Below are positions 63,460-64,000 of a stretch of DNA of 64,000 bases, piece after piece (within the stretch, counting starts at the first letter, position 1; each line of letters opens with the position of its first letter). Origin of the DNA: an uncultured Candidatus Saccharibacteria bacterium. GTDB taxonomy: Bacteria > Patescibacteriota > Saccharimonadia > Saccharimonadales > JACDBH01. Both the position numbers and the translations under genes were made by a program. The notes beneath the pieces are model-generated. The model had not been told where the DNA came from and made no database searches. It was given only the letters and a program-made list of their open reading frames with translations. The stretch is from the NCBI GenBank assembly GCA_965231105.1, contig OZ246417.1:640908-704907 (forward strand). The letters are read 5' to 3'.

Positions 63460-64000
63460 ATGCGCAGTCTTACTCCAGAAATTGCTATCTCCGCCAAAGC
63501 TCCTAATAAGCTGAGCTTTCGAGAGCTTTGGCTATTTCGCGAACTGTTTTATTTTTTTGCTTGGCGAGATATTAAAGTTCGTTACAAACAAACTGCGTTG
63601 GGCGCTGGATGGGCTATTTTGCAGCCCCTTCTCGCCGCCATCATATTCACTGTGTTTTTTAACCGAGTAGCTAAAATATCTTCCGGTGCAGCTCATATTC
63701 CCTATCCGGTTTTTGCCTACTTGGGGCTTATGTACTGGAACGGCTTTTCAAGTGCCCTGACGAGTATTAGTAATTCATTGGTGGGGAGTACGGGTGTCAT
63801 GACTAAGATTTATTTCCCGCGCCTTATTCCTCCATTGGCAGCCGCCGCACTCAGCGTCGTCGATTTCATGTTTGCAGCAATTGTATTCTTCCTACTACTC
63901 ATAGGGTTTCGCGTTATGCCCGATGCTGTTGGTCTCCTACTTATTATCCCTTCCTTAGTTCTTAGTACAGTTGCCGCTTTTGGGGTTGGTCTGTTTTTCT
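63460..64000 (+). CDS. ABC-2 polysaccharide/teichoic-acid exporter permease (Wzm/TagG-like), truncated by window end
   Basis: Own translation from ATG 63460: MRSLTPEIAISAKAPNKLSFRELWLFRELFYFFAWRDIKVRYKQTALGAGWAILQPLL.. This is the typical Wzm N-terminus. Confidence 0.8.
   Translation, partial: MRSLTPEIAISAKAPNKLSFRELWLFRELFYFFAWRDIKVRYKQTALGAGWAILQPLLAAIIFTVFFNRVAKISSGAAHIPYPVFAYLGLMYWNGFSSALTSISNSLVGSTGVMTKIYFPRLIPPLAAAALSVVDFMFAAIVFFLLLIGFRVMPDAVGLLLIIPSLVLSTVAAFGVGLFF

Noticed and set aside
1-64000. CRISPR arrays, transposons, integrated phage, diversity-generating retroelement
   Set aside because: There are no regularly spaced direct repeats outside coding repeats. I see no cas, transposase, integrase or reverse-transcriptase-like ORF. 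All tandem repeats found are in-frame protein-domain repeats.

Overview
This is 64 kb of densely packed bacterial chromosome with about 65 protein genes and one tRNA-Asn. I see no rRNA, CRISPR array, transposase, integrase or phage genes. TGA, TAA and TAG all behave as stops. Several traits suggest a small-genome Gram-positive-like lineage such as Patescibacteria/CPR (Saccharibacteria-like), by inference only. These are tiny or overlapping intergenic gaps, a type-2 (archaeal-like) AspRS, an Rpf-like wall hydrolase, many single-pass envelope proteins with acidic or Pro/Thr-rich tails, and several GT-C-like membrane proteins. Layout: 1-2.9 kb holds a polyprenol-phosphate-sugar glycosylation operon. 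3-11.3 kb holds housekeeping genes (dus, ABC-2 exporter, MurC-like ligase, EEP/NUDIX/MazG). 11.4-20 kb holds a run of low-complexity envelope proteins plus an MBL hydrolase, an atypical MutY-like glycosylase and an Rpf-like protein. 20-27.4 kb holds DHH, aspS, CNNM, DsbA-like, iron permease, a CPA2 antiporter and nadD. 27.4-29.6 kb holds an unrecognisable 553-aa protein plus two mini zinc-ribbon ORFs behind a structured leader. 29.6-35.4 kb holds def, uppP, EVE, methyltransferase, HD, a PAS kinase with a receiver, and tRNA-Asn. 36.7-45 kb holds a 2101-aa LamG/14-repeat/FN3 surface protein fused operonically to a MacB/FtsX-type ABC pair. 45.4-64 kb is a surface-glycan locus. The two most unusual loci are the 27.4-29.6 kb zinc-ribbon trio and the giant repeat protein with its ABC module. 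I cannot assign a function to either from sequence alone.
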